The notes under the pieces were generated by a model. It saw nothing but the letters and a program-made list of their open reading frames with translations. It made no database searches and was not told the origin of the DNA. From assembly GCA_029882535.1 (NCBI GenBank), contig JAOUKM010000001.1, positions 86,037 to 110,036 of the forward strand: DNA of 24,000 nt, read 5' to 3'. Shown piece by piece: positions 16,165 through 23,889 of this stretch. The number at the start of each line of letters is the position of its first letter. The first letter of the stretch is position 1. A program made the translations under genes and the position numbers. This DNA comes from Candidatus Bathyarchaeota archaeon. Lineage in GTDB: Archaea > Thermoproteota > Bathyarchaeia > Bathyarchaeales > SOJC01.

Positions 16165-17799
16165 ATGTCAGCTAATAACAAAATGATGGACTGGATCTTG
16201 GCGATTTTGCTTATAGTAGTCATCATAGTGTCTGGCTTGAGCGTCTACTACTCAACAACCACTGTAACTAAGATGGACGATAACTACGCAGATCTATTGG
16301 AAGCAATCAGGAACAGTAACGCATCATCATCCATATTTTCGGAAGCAATATTGAAAGCATTAGAAGAAATTGCGCTTGGTCTTAATATAACACTGCCACT
16401 GACAATTATAACCCAGGCATCTCCAACTCAGGGTGAAGTGAATTTAACCGTGTCCTTCCGAGCAATGGCCATTGGAGGTACACCTCCTTACACTTATGAA
16501 TGGGACTTCGACGACCAAACACCTACAAATAACGAACGTGATCCAATTCACGTATATACTAATGCATCAACATACACAGCCACGGTTCTAGTTACCGATA
16601 GCGAACAAGAAACTGCCTTAGACAGCGTAACTATAAGGGTAACTAGCGCCGAAGCACTCACTGTTTTCAGCTTATGGGGTGGAAGCGAAGAAGAGAACTT
16701 CCTGCAGGCTTTGGGTAACTTCACAGAGGACACTGGCATAGAGGTTAATCACTACTCCTACACAACTCAAGAACTTTTGATCGGTGTGCCGATGCAGCTT
16801 AGAGCAGGATATTCCATAGCCGACGTCGTAATAGCCCCGTGGCCAGCTTGGATTCTGGAACTGGCACCATACCTCACAAGTGTGAACGACATAATCAACT
16901 CCACAAAGTATCCCGCGAACACTATCAATGCAGTGAAGGATGCCAATGATGTCATATGGGCTGCTCCGTTCAAGCTCTCAGGAAAGCCGGGCTTCTGGTA
17001 CAAGAAATCTTTCTTCTCGGACAACGGGTTGACTGTTCCCACAACCTATGACGAGTTCAAGACTCTGCTGGTAACCATTCAAGGCATAGCTGGAATTGAG
17101 CAAGCTGTAGCCAGTGGTGACACTGTTGGATGGCCTCTTTCGGACACAACTGAAGCGTTCATAATGGGTCTTGGTGGCTATCAGCTTCAGGAGGAACTGA
17201 TAACTGGTCCAAGCGCGCGGAATTGGACAGACACTGAGGTTAGAAATGTCTTTGGAAATCTGACGGAGTTGTTGGCGGCTGGTTACTTCAGCGCTCCGGC
17301 GGAATGGACATCGCAGATAACAAAGTTCTGGGACGAAAAGTATGGCATATACTTCATGGGTAGTTGGATGACAACCATGGAACAAATAGGAGACGTAAGC
17401 GACCTAGACTTCTTCGGATTCCCAGGAACAGATGGGGTAGCAGGCTCAGTAGACTACTTGATACTACCAAAGGATGCACCAAATCCAAATGAGGCTGCGC
17501 AACTGGTTGAATGGCTCGCAGGAGCCGAAGCGCAAGAGATTATGGTTGGTTTGGGCGGATTCTTCGGAACGAACATCGATGTCCCCGACACGGCCTATCT
17601 GCCGCTCGACAAGAAAGTACTGGACTTCATCTCTCAAGCAACAATCCACATTGTCTCCGACCTTGACGACGCCGTTGGCGGTAAGTTCCAAACAACCTTC
17701 TGGGACCAACTGAAGCTACTCTGGGTTGACCCAACACCGTCCACGCTAGATGACGTGTTAGCTGTCCTGGAAGCAGCAGCGTTGGAACAACAGACATAA
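16165..17799 (+). CDS. ABC transporter substrate-binding protein (sugar, family-1 type) with N-terminal TM anchor and PKD domain
   Basis: Strong SD AGGAGG. TM helix WILAILLIVVIIVSGLSVYY. PKD-like module (about 16414-16641): VNLTVSFRAMAIGGTPPYTYEWDFDDQTPTNNERDPIHVYTNASTYTATVLVTDSEQETALDSVTIRV. The rest is a family-1 SBP-like body (LTVFSLWGGSEEENFLQALGNFTEDTGIEV...PFKLSGKPGFWYKK...YFMGSWM). Many N-x-S/T sequons. Confidence 0.85.
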   Translation: MSANNKMMDWILAILLIVVIIVSGLSVYYSTTTVTKMDDNYADLLEAIRNSNASSSIFSEAILKALEEIALGLNITLPLTIITQASPTQGEVNLTVSFRAMAIGGTPPYTYEWDFDDQTPTNNERDPIHVYTNASTYTATVLVTDSEQETALDSVTIRVTSAEALTVFSLWGGSEEENFLQALGNFTEDTGIEVNHYSYTTQELLIGVPMQLRAGYSIADVVIAPWPAWILELAPYLTSVNDIINSTKYPANTINAVKDANDVIWAAPFKLSGKPGFWYKKSFFSDNGLTVPTTYDEFKTLLVTIQGIAGIEQAVASGDTVGWPLSDTTEAFIMGLGGYQLQEELITGPSARNWTDTEVRNVFGNLTELLAAGYFSAPAEWTSQITKFWDEKYGIYFMGSWMTTMEQIGDVSDLDFFGFPGTDGVAGSVDYLILPKDAPNPNEAAQLVEWLAGAEAQEIMVGLGGFFGTNIDVPDTAYLPLDKKVLDFISQATIHIVSDLDDAVGGKFQTTFWDQLKLLWVDPTPSTLDDVLAVLEAAALEQQT

Positions 17800-17829
17800 T
17801 AAGCGATTCGCCTTTATGAGAGCGGAATA

Positions 17830-18720
17830 ATGAGTCATCACATAAAAACCCCTCTATTTTTTCTAATTCCGGCTTTTTTACTGCTTGCTCTTTTCGTATT
17901 TTACCCCATGGTTGATACAATTTATATGAGCTTTGTTGACCAAGATGGCAATTTTGTTGGGCTTGGCAACTATGAAAAAGTTTTTGGCACAAGAATTTAC
18001 CCTTTAGTGAATACTAAGAATGTTGCCTTGGGAAAGTTTCCAATGGGTGCTCTAGTTCATAACATTTTTTGGATAGCAATCCATCTTCCTTTATGTGTCT
18101 TCTTTGGTCTTCTCTTAGCGGTACTTCTAAGAGATGTTAAGGGCGGTTCAATAATGAAGTCCGTTATTTTCTTGGGGATGGTGATCCCGCTGATAGTTGG
18201 CGGTGTACTGGTGCGTTTCATCCTTGACAGAGACGCTGGTATATTGAACGGCATCCTTAGAGTAATAGGGCTTGGAGCGTACGCGACCGATTGGACTTTC
18301 TATCCTAACACTGCTCTAATTACTGTGATACTAGGTTCGGTGTGGTTGTGGACCGGTTTCGCAATGATAGTGTACTCCGCTGGTCTTGAGGGAATACCGG
18401 TAGAGTTGTATGAAGCCGCCAAGATAGATGGAGCATCACGTTGGAAAACCTTTTGGCGCATAACAGTCCCAATGCTCAGGTCTTCGACCATAACAGTTGT
18501 CACCATGACGTTGCTGTGGGAGCTAAAAATTTTTGACGTAATTTACATAGTAACCAACGCAGGACCAGGCGGTGCAAGCGATGTTATGGCCTTTCGGATG
18601 TACATCGAGGCTTTCCAATACCCCCCCAACTATGGCACAGCCACGGCCATAGCCACTGTACTAACCATCATGACTTTCGGATTTGCGGCATATATGGTTA
18701 ACAGGATGACGAAAAGTTGA
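17830..18720 (+). CDS. ABC sugar transporter permease (MalF/UgpA-like)
   Basis: Six hydrophobic segments and the EAA loop YEAAKIDGASRWKTFWRITVPML. Confidence 0.9.
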   Translation: MSHHIKTPLFFLIPAFLLLALFVFYPMVDTIYMSFVDQDGNFVGLGNYEKVFGTRIYPLVNTKNVALGKFPMGALVHNIFWIAIHLPLCVFFGLLLAVLLRDVKGGSIMKSVIFLGMVIPLIVGGVLVRFILDRDAGILNGILRVIGLGAYATDWTFYPNTALITVILGSVWLWTGFAMIVYSAGLEGIPVELYEAAKIDGASRWKTFWRITVPMLRSSTITVVTMTLLWELKIFDVIYIVTNAGPGGASDVMAFRMYIEAFQYPPNYGTATAIATVLTIMTFGFAAYMVNRMTKS

Positions 18721-19589
18721 CAGAAAAAAAACCTTCTATTGTCAAAAAGTTGAAAGCAAAGAGGTTTACCATTATAGTTCATCTAATTGCATGGATAATA
18801 GCGTTCATTTGGATCATACCGTTTTTAGGGGTTTTCATGTCTTCTATAAGGCCCTACGAAGAGGTGCAGTTTGGTTGGTGGAATTTCCAAAACGCAAATT
18901 TTACTCTGGGAAGTTATGTTGATGCTTGGGTCGGCGAAACATCTAGTGTTCCTCTAAGCAACGCGATTTTAAACTCTCTAATAGTGACTATATCTGCAAC
19001 TTTTATACCAATAATTGTCGCTTCTCTGGCAGCATACTCCTTTGCACGGTTTTCGTTTCGCATAAAGGATCTGCTATTCCTTGTTATAGTCCTCCTTCAA
19101 ACTATTCCTCAACAAATGGTTATTTTACCAATCTTCAACCTGATGAACAGCTTACGTCTCTTGAATACATACATAGGATTGATATTGCTCCATACAGCCT
19201 TTGGTCTTCCATGGCAGATACTCTTTCTGAGGAACTTCTTCTCCACACTTCCTGTAGAGGTTGAGGAGGCTGCCAGAGTCGATGGCGCGTCCTATTTCAA
19301 AATCTTCTACAAAATAGTTCTTCCAATGAGCCTGCCAGCCTTAGCTTCCATAACAGCTCTTCAATTCGTATGGGTTTGGAACGATTTCTTCTTCGCTCTA
19401 ACAATGATTCAAAGCCCAACCATGAAGTTGGTACCACAAACAATACCTCTCATTTTTTCGAGATTCGAACCCAACTGGAGCCTCTTGTCCGCCGCGTCGA
19501 TAATAGCCATGATCATACCAATCGCCATCTACGTAGCACTCCAAAAATACTACGTAAGAGGTATTACTACAGGGGCTGTTAAAGGCTAA
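18717..19589 (+). CDS. ABC sugar transporter permease (MalG/UgpE-like)
   Basis: EAA loop EEAARVDGASYFKIFYKIVLPMSLP and multiple TM segments. TTG start overlapping the upstream stop (TTGA). The exact start is uncertain. Confidence 0.88.
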   Translation: MTEKKPSIVKKLKAKRFTIIVHLIAWIIAFIWIIPFLGVFMSSIRPYEEVQFGWWNFQNANFTLGSYVDAWVGETSSVPLSNAILNSLIVTISATFIPIIVASLAAYSFARFSFRIKDLLFLVIVLLQTIPQQMVILPIFNLMNSLRLLNTYIGLILLHTAFGLPWQILFLRNFFSTLPVEVEEAARVDGASYFKIFYKIVLPMSLPALASITALQFVWVWNDFFFALTMIQSPTMKLVPQTIPLIFSRFEPNWSLLSAASIIAMIIPIAIYVALQKYYVRGITTGAVKG

Positions 19590-19612
19590 AAATTAGTAAA
19601 GCCAAGTTGGAT

Positions 19613-20716
19613 TTATGTTAGTATCTCACCCGTTTTCTTGTCGAATACATATACCTTGTCCGCTGGGAACTCAATCCACAACTCGTCTCCTATTTCTGCT
19701 TCAAAATCAGGGCTCACCAAAGCTTTGACTAGATAGTCACCTATCTTCAGGTTGAGTATCTGCTTATCTCCAAGAGGCTCTGTCACATCGAGTACGGTTT
19801 TGATTAGCCCTTTCTTTCCTTTCGCATCCTTATAAACAAGGATATCTTGTGGTCTCACGCCCAGTACACATGCATCGGATGTACACTTCTTTACTGCTTC
19901 CGCCACATGTTCAGGCAGAGGATAACTAAACTCTCCAGTGTCGAGAGTGCAAGGAACTCCCCTTATCAAGTTACAATCGAAGAAGTTGGTGGGAGGGGTG
20001 CCTATAAACCCTGCTACAAATACGTTGGATGGATGAAAGTATATTCTATCTGGAGTATCAACTTGTTGTAGTATTCCTTCATTTAGGATGGCAACCTTGT
20101 CTCCCATTGTCATGGCTTCAACCTGGTCATGAGTGACATAGATTGTTGTAATTCCAACTTCTTTCTGCAACTTCTTGAGTTCAGCTCGCATGTAAACCCT
20201 TAGCTTAGCATCCAAGTTGCTGAGGGGTTCATCCATAAGGAAAACGTAGGGCTCTCTAATCATCGCCCTTCCTAAAGCTACCCTCTGTCTTTGACCTCCA
20301 CTTAATTGCTTCGGCTTTCTGTCAAGAAGTGCCTCTATCTTCAACAGTTCGGAAACTTGACGAACCCTCTTCTTTATCTCATCCCTAGGAACCTTAGCAT
20401 TTTCTAGAGGAAAAGCAAGGTTTGAGAACACGTTCATATGAGGATAAAGCGCATAACTCTGAAAGACCAAGGCTATATCCCTTTCTTTAGGGTCCAGGTC
20501 ATTTACAAGCCTCTCCCCGATGTAGATTTCTCCTTCGTCCGGAGTCTCGAGGCCTGCAATACAGCGTAGAACAGTAGTCTTGCCACATCCTGAAGGACCC
20601 AAAAGAACTAGAAACTCTTTATCTTTAGCCTCCAAGTTGAGCTTGTTAACTGCGATAACTTCGCCGAACTGCTTTTTCACATTTTTAAGTAGTACCCTAG
20701 CCAAAGCAAACGCCAC
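19613..20716 (-). CDS. ABC sugar transporter ATP-binding protein (MalK/UgpC-like)
   Basis: Walker A GPSGCGKTT, signature LSGGQRQRVALGRA, Walker B FLMDEPLSNLD, H-loop YVTHDQ, and a C-terminal MalK-type regulatory/TOBE-like domain. GTG 20716 lies about 25 nt from a TATA-like TTTTATTAG (leaderless geometry). Alternative TTG 20704 gives MARVLLKNV. Confidence 0.92.
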   Translation of the reverse strand: MAFALARVLLKNVKKQFGEVIAVNKLNLEAKDKEFLVLLGPSGCGKTTVLRCIAGLETPDEGEIYIGERLVNDLDPKERDIALVFQSYALYPHMNVFSNLAFPLENAKVPRDEIKKRVRQVSELLKIEALLDRKPKQLSGGQRQRVALGRAMIREPYVFLMDEPLSNLDAKLRVYMRAELKKLQKEVGITTIYVTHDQVEAMTMGDKVAILNEGILQQVDTPDRIYFHPSNVFVAGFIGTPPTNFFDCNLIRGVPCTLDTGEFSYPLPEHVAEAVKKCTSDACVLGVRPQDILVYKDAKGKKGLIKTVLDVTEPLGDKQILNLKIGDYLVKALVSPDFEAEIGDELWIEFPADKVYVFDKKTGEILT

Positions 20717-20824
20717 ATATAACGAGTATGCAAATTCTAATAAAATCTTCTTTTAACAATCGAATATATAACCGATTAATCACACAATTTAAGTTAGTAG
20801 CTAGCTTGAATTTGAGGAAAAAAT
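20717..20824. promoter_or_regulatory. Divergent promoter region between the ATPase gene and the treT-like gene, with an AGCTAGCT palindrome
   Basis: Minus-strand TATA-like box at 20737-20745 and plus-strand AATATATA at 20763-20770. An 8-nt perfect palindrome AGCTAGCT (20799-20806) sits between the putative treT TSS and its SD (GAGG 20814-20817). The operator role is speculative. Confidence 0.3.
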
Positions 20825-22051
20825 ATGCACTGTGTTTCCTTCAACAAAATCTCTCTCGACGAGTATACACCAATAGTTGGGAAGGTGAAAATAGAAGAAA
20901 TCAAAGAGTTGGCAGAAAGCCTAGTTGGAAAGAAAGTACGTCATGTAAACTCTACATCTTTCGGTGGTGGGGTAGCTGAAATTCTTCACAGGCTAGTTCC
21001 CCTAATGTGCGACGTGGGACTTAAAGCTGAATGGACAGTGATTAAAGGTTCAGACAAATTCTTCAATGTGACAAAAGCTCTTCACAACGGGCTTCAAGGC
21101 ATGAATATCCCTTTGACAGAGGATATGAAAAAAACTTATCTGAAGTTCAATAAGATAAACGCCCGAGAGTTTGATTCAGATCACGATCTAGTTGTGATAC
21201 ATGATTACCAACCAGCCGCAATTATGAATTACCTCCCAATTAGAAGAGGAAGGTGGACTTGGCGCTGCCACATTGATCTATCCCATCCAAATCAACAATT
21301 CATTGATTTTATCAGTCCATTTATACTAAAATATAATTCACTAATCTTCACCATGAAGCAGTTTGTACAAGAACCCTTAAAATCGAGGAAAACATTCATC
21401 ATCCCTCCTTCTATAGATCCTTTGAGCACAAAGAACAAACCTCTTCCTGAAAACCTTATTTTTTCAATCTTAGACAAATACGATGTAGATCATGAAAAAC
21501 CAATAATAACTCAAGTTGCTAGATTTGACCCATGGAAGGATCCATTAGGAGTTATTGATGTTTACAGGTTGGTTAAAAAGAAAGTAACTAACGTTCAACT
21601 ATTATTGATAGCTAGCATGGCTAAAGATGACCCAGAAGGATGGATATACTATGAAAAAACTGCTCGGCATGCAGCAGAAGATTATGATATACATTTACTC
21701 TCAGATTTGAATGGTGTTGGAAATATCGAAGTCAATGCGTTCCAAAGAGCTTCAGATGTTATTTTGCAGAAATCCATACGCGAGGGATTTGGCCTTACTG
21801 TAACTGAAGCGCTGTGGAAAGGCGTGCCTGTAGTGGGCAGCAATGTTGGAGGTATTCCACTACAGATAATCAATGGTGAAATCGGATTTTTGATAGATAG
21901 TATCGAAGAAGCGGCTGAGAAAACCCTTTATCTCCTTAAACACCCAAGCGAAGCAAGAGAGATGGGAAAGAAAGGGAGAGAGCACATTTTAAAGAACTTC
22001 TTAATCACAAGACACTTGAAAGACTATCTCTCGCTGTTTCGTTCAATTTAA
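20825..22051 (+). CDS. treT: GT4 glycosyltransferase, trehalose glycosyltransferring synthase (TreT)-like
   Basis: N-terminus IVGKVKIEEIKELAESLVGKKVRHVNSTSFGGGVAEILHRLVPLMCDVGLKAEWTVIKGSDKFFNVTKALHNGLQG closely resembles my memory of Thermococcales TreT. C-terminal GT-B/GT4 block QKSIREGFGLTVTEALWKGVPVVGSNVGGIPLQI (E-x7-E). Adjacent to a sugar ABC transporter, as treT is in Thermococcales. The GT4 call is firm; the TreT specificity is inferred. Confidence 0.72.
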   Translation: MHCVSFNKISLDEYTPIVGKVKIEEIKELAESLVGKKVRHVNSTSFGGGVAEILHRLVPLMCDVGLKAEWTVIKGSDKFFNVTKALHNGLQGMNIPLTEDMKKTYLKFNKINAREFDSDHDLVVIHDYQPAAIMNYLPIRRGRWTWRCHIDLSHPNQQFIDFISPFILKYNSLIFTMKQFVQEPLKSRKTFIIPPSIDPLSTKNKPLPENLIFSILDKYDVDHEKPIITQVARFDPWKDPLGVIDVYRLVKKKVTNVQLLLIASMAKDDPEGWIYYEKTARHAAEDYDIHLLSDLNGVGNIEVNAFQRASDVILQKSIREGFGLTVTEALWKGVPVVGSNVGGIPLQIINGEIGFLIDSIEEAAEKTLYLLKHPSEAREMGKKGREHILKNFLITRHLKDYLSLFRSI

Positions 22052-22118
22052 CCTCTTCCTTAACAAGACGCAAGTGTGCACGCCAAAAAAAGATAAAACT
22101 TTACTTTCATTAAGACTT

Positions 22119-22199
22119 ATAGATTTAGCTTATTGTAGAGTAAAATAAATCCATGGATAGGCTTTGAAGCTCCCGCGCGCGCACCCGATATCTCGCAAA
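22119..22199. repeat. Intergenic repeat, copy 2 (core 22119-22160 plus degenerate extension with a GCGCGCGC tract)
   Basis: See copy 1. Same orientation, 41/42 identity in the core. The extension is shorter than in copy 1, as if an internal segment were deleted. Confidence 0.9.
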
Positions 22200-22284
22200 C
22201 TCCCATTTTTCTATTTCAGACGAAGCGCGCTAATGGCAAATCTAAAAGAGTGAAAGTGTGAAAGATAAAGAGAGGTCATCGCAT

Positions 22285-22878
22285 ATGCAGGTAACTTTCA
22301 TAAGCAAAGGTGAGACATTGCCCGCAACACTATATGCAAATTCATCCAAAGGAGTCATTCTGTGCCTACCGCATCCTTTGTATGGTGGCACCAGAAATGA
22401 CACCAGAATCATCAGGGTCGCCAGAGAACTTGCTTCACATGATATCTCTGCATTATGCCTCGATTATGGAAGCTATGGCAAAGTAGTGAAGGAAGTTCAG
22501 AATGTGTTGGACGCAATTTCTTTCATGCGGAAAAGAGTTGATGCTTTAGGATTACTAGACTATTCCTTTGGAGCCGTCGTCGCGTCCAATGTAGCGGTTC
22601 AAACTAAGATTGATGGTTTCGTTGCTATGTCTGTTCTGAAGAAAACGAATGGTCTAACAGCGAACTTGAGATTTGACTGCTCAAAACTCTTTGTGCATGG
22701 AAAACGCGACAAGGTGGCACCATACTCGGATTTCGAACAGCTCTACAGAAAAGCAAGTGAAAGAAAAGAAAAACTTGTTTTAGATACAGACCATTTCTAT
22801 ATGGAAAACTATCCGACCCTCATTGACTTAACTTCAAAAAGCATATGCAAGTTCTTCCTACAAATATTTTCCAAATAG
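22285..22878 (+). CDS. Alpha/beta hydrolase (COG2945-like) with atypical nucleophile elbow
   Basis: GVILCLPHPLYGGTRNDTRI (HPhP..GG block), LLDYSFGAVVA (elbow normally GFSFGA; Ser kept, first Gly is Asp), HGKRDKVAP (acid), DTDHFY (His). ATG 22285 is preferred (GAGAGGT 8 nt upstream) over the tracked GTG 22258. Confidence 0.75.
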   Translation: MQVTFISKGETLPATLYANSSKGVILCLPHPLYGGTRNDTRIIRVARELASHDISALCLDYGSYGKVVKEVQNVLDAISFMRKRVDALGLLDYSFGAVVASNVAVQTKIDGFVAMSVLKKTNGLTANLRFDCSKLFVHGKRDKVAPYSDFEQLYRKASERKEKLVLDTDHFYMENYPTLIDLTSKSICKFFLQIFSK

Positions 22879-22886
22879 AACAGGCA

Positions 22887-22905
22887 TGCGCGCAATCTTA
22901 TATAA
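22887..22905 (+). promoter_or_regulatory. TGCGCGCA palindrome abutting a TATA box (CTTATATAA) of the nuclease-like gene
   Basis: TGCGCGCA (22887-22894) occupies the BRE-equivalent position directly upstream of CTTATATAA (22897-22905). The box centre is about 26 nt before ATG 22927 with no SD, which is leaderless geometry. Confidence 0.45.
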
Positions 22906-22926
22906 TCAAAAAGGCTATCCACAAAC

Positions 22927-23418
22927 ATGGAATTCGCAGAGCTTTCAAAACTAATATTTGGCGAACTAAAACCAAAACTAGAAAATCATCAAGGATTATC
23001 AATCTTCGCGGCTGAAAGAGCTAAATTCGAAGGTTGGTTGAAGGTAGAATTATGCGACAGTTTGTCAAAGCATTTTAAAGATGTTATCCCAGAACAGAAT
23101 AGAATCGATATCACTTTTGAAAATTGGGCTATTGAGCTCAAAACCATTAATACAAACATAAGGTTCCCAAATGTAAAGAATAAACACCGTCCGATAACCA
23201 GAAACACTCAAGGCGTTGTGAAGGATATAGAAAAACTAAGAACCACCGAATACACAAACAAGTCCACTTTATTTATCGTTTTTCCAGTACGGCATCGTAA
23301 CAAAGATTGGCAAGTTCAACTAAGACGCATAACAAACAAACTAGTAAAAATAGAACATCTGGAATTTAACTTCAAAGACAAAATCCCAGGCACCATCTAT
23401 TTTGGCTTGACCAACTAG
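22927..23418 (+). CDS. Hypothetical protein with PD-(D/E)xK nuclease-like signature
   Basis: Helix with acidic residues ERAKFEGWLKVEL, then NRIDITFENWAIELKT: D61 (23107-23109), E70-L-K72 (23134-23142). This has the D-x9-E-x-K spacing and strand pattern of restriction-endonuclease-fold enzymes. No family recognised. Confidence 0.6.
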   Translation: MEFAELSKLIFGELKPKLENHQGLSIFAAERAKFEGWLKVELCDSLSKHFKDVIPEQNRIDITFENWAIELKTINTNIRFPNVKNKHRPITRNTQGVVKDIEKLRTTEYTNKSTLFIVFPVRHRNKDWQVQLRRITNKLVKIEHLEFNFKDKIPGTIYFGLTN

Positions 23419-23479
23419 TCTTCGATATGCTATGATACGCGCCCAATGAGTAGTCACAACTTTACGCCGTTAAGGTATT

Positions 23480-23491
23480 TTGCGCGCGCAA
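23480..23491. promoter_or_regulatory. Perfect 12-nt palindrome TTGCGCGCGCAA upstream of the HExxH gene
   Basis: The self-complementary sequence was read directly. It lies about 16-30 nt upstream of two TATA-like boxes, CTTAAATATA (23507-23516) and ATAATTTA (23521-23528). Its function (operator?) is inferred. Confidence 0.4.
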
Positions 23492-23553
23492 GTGCTTCGA
23501 AGTAGTCTTAAATATACTTGATAATTTAGAATGTATTGGGAGAAAACGCGTGC

Positions 23554-23889
23554 ATGGTTTTCTATTTTTCTCACAAGCCACGTAAGCTAAAAACCGAGAA
23601 AGTTGAGCGTTTCATCAAAAAACTTGCCAAGAAACATAACGTTCCGGTTCCTAGATGGCGTATTGTAGGAGAAACACCAAAATCAGACAGAATCGAGAAA
23701 ACTGTGTTTGGACCTAAGACAACGTTTGAAAGAAAAACAGTTCAAGTTGGAGGAGCTTTCCTGATGGCATCTGACAGAACTTGCTGCATAGAATTTTATG
23801 GTCTTCCGACGAAAGAAACTGTGGAGCACGAATTCAGGCATTATGTAGATTGGCTGCACGGGACGCTTAGGAGAGAAAAGATTTGGTGA
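23554..23889 (+). CDS. Small hypothetical protein with HExxHx5H zinc-metallopeptidase-like motif
   Basis: TVEHEFRHYVDWLHG lies near the C-terminus (HEFRH = 23827-23841; the third His is 6 residues after the second, as in the HExxHxxGxxH spacing, but with Asp where Gly is expected). ATG 23554 is preferred (about 26 nt after ATAATTTA) over the tracked TTG 23536. No family recognised. Confidence 0.5.
   Translation: MVFYFSHKPRKLKTEKVERFIKKLAKKHNVPVPRWRIVGETPKSDRIEKTVFGPKTTFERKTVQVGGAFLMASDRTCCIEFYGLPTKETVEHEFRHYVDWLHGTLRREKIW

Noticed and set aside
19464-19472. TTCGAACCC, reminiscent of a tRNA T-arm
   Set aside because: It lies inside the well-supported permease CDS (encoding ...SRFEPNW...). 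I could not build a flanking acceptor or anticodon structure.
22258-22284. The GTG-initiated extension of the hydrolase ORF
   Set aside because: ATG 22285 has a well-spaced GAGAGGT SD that would itself lie inside the extension. This is kept only as an alternative.
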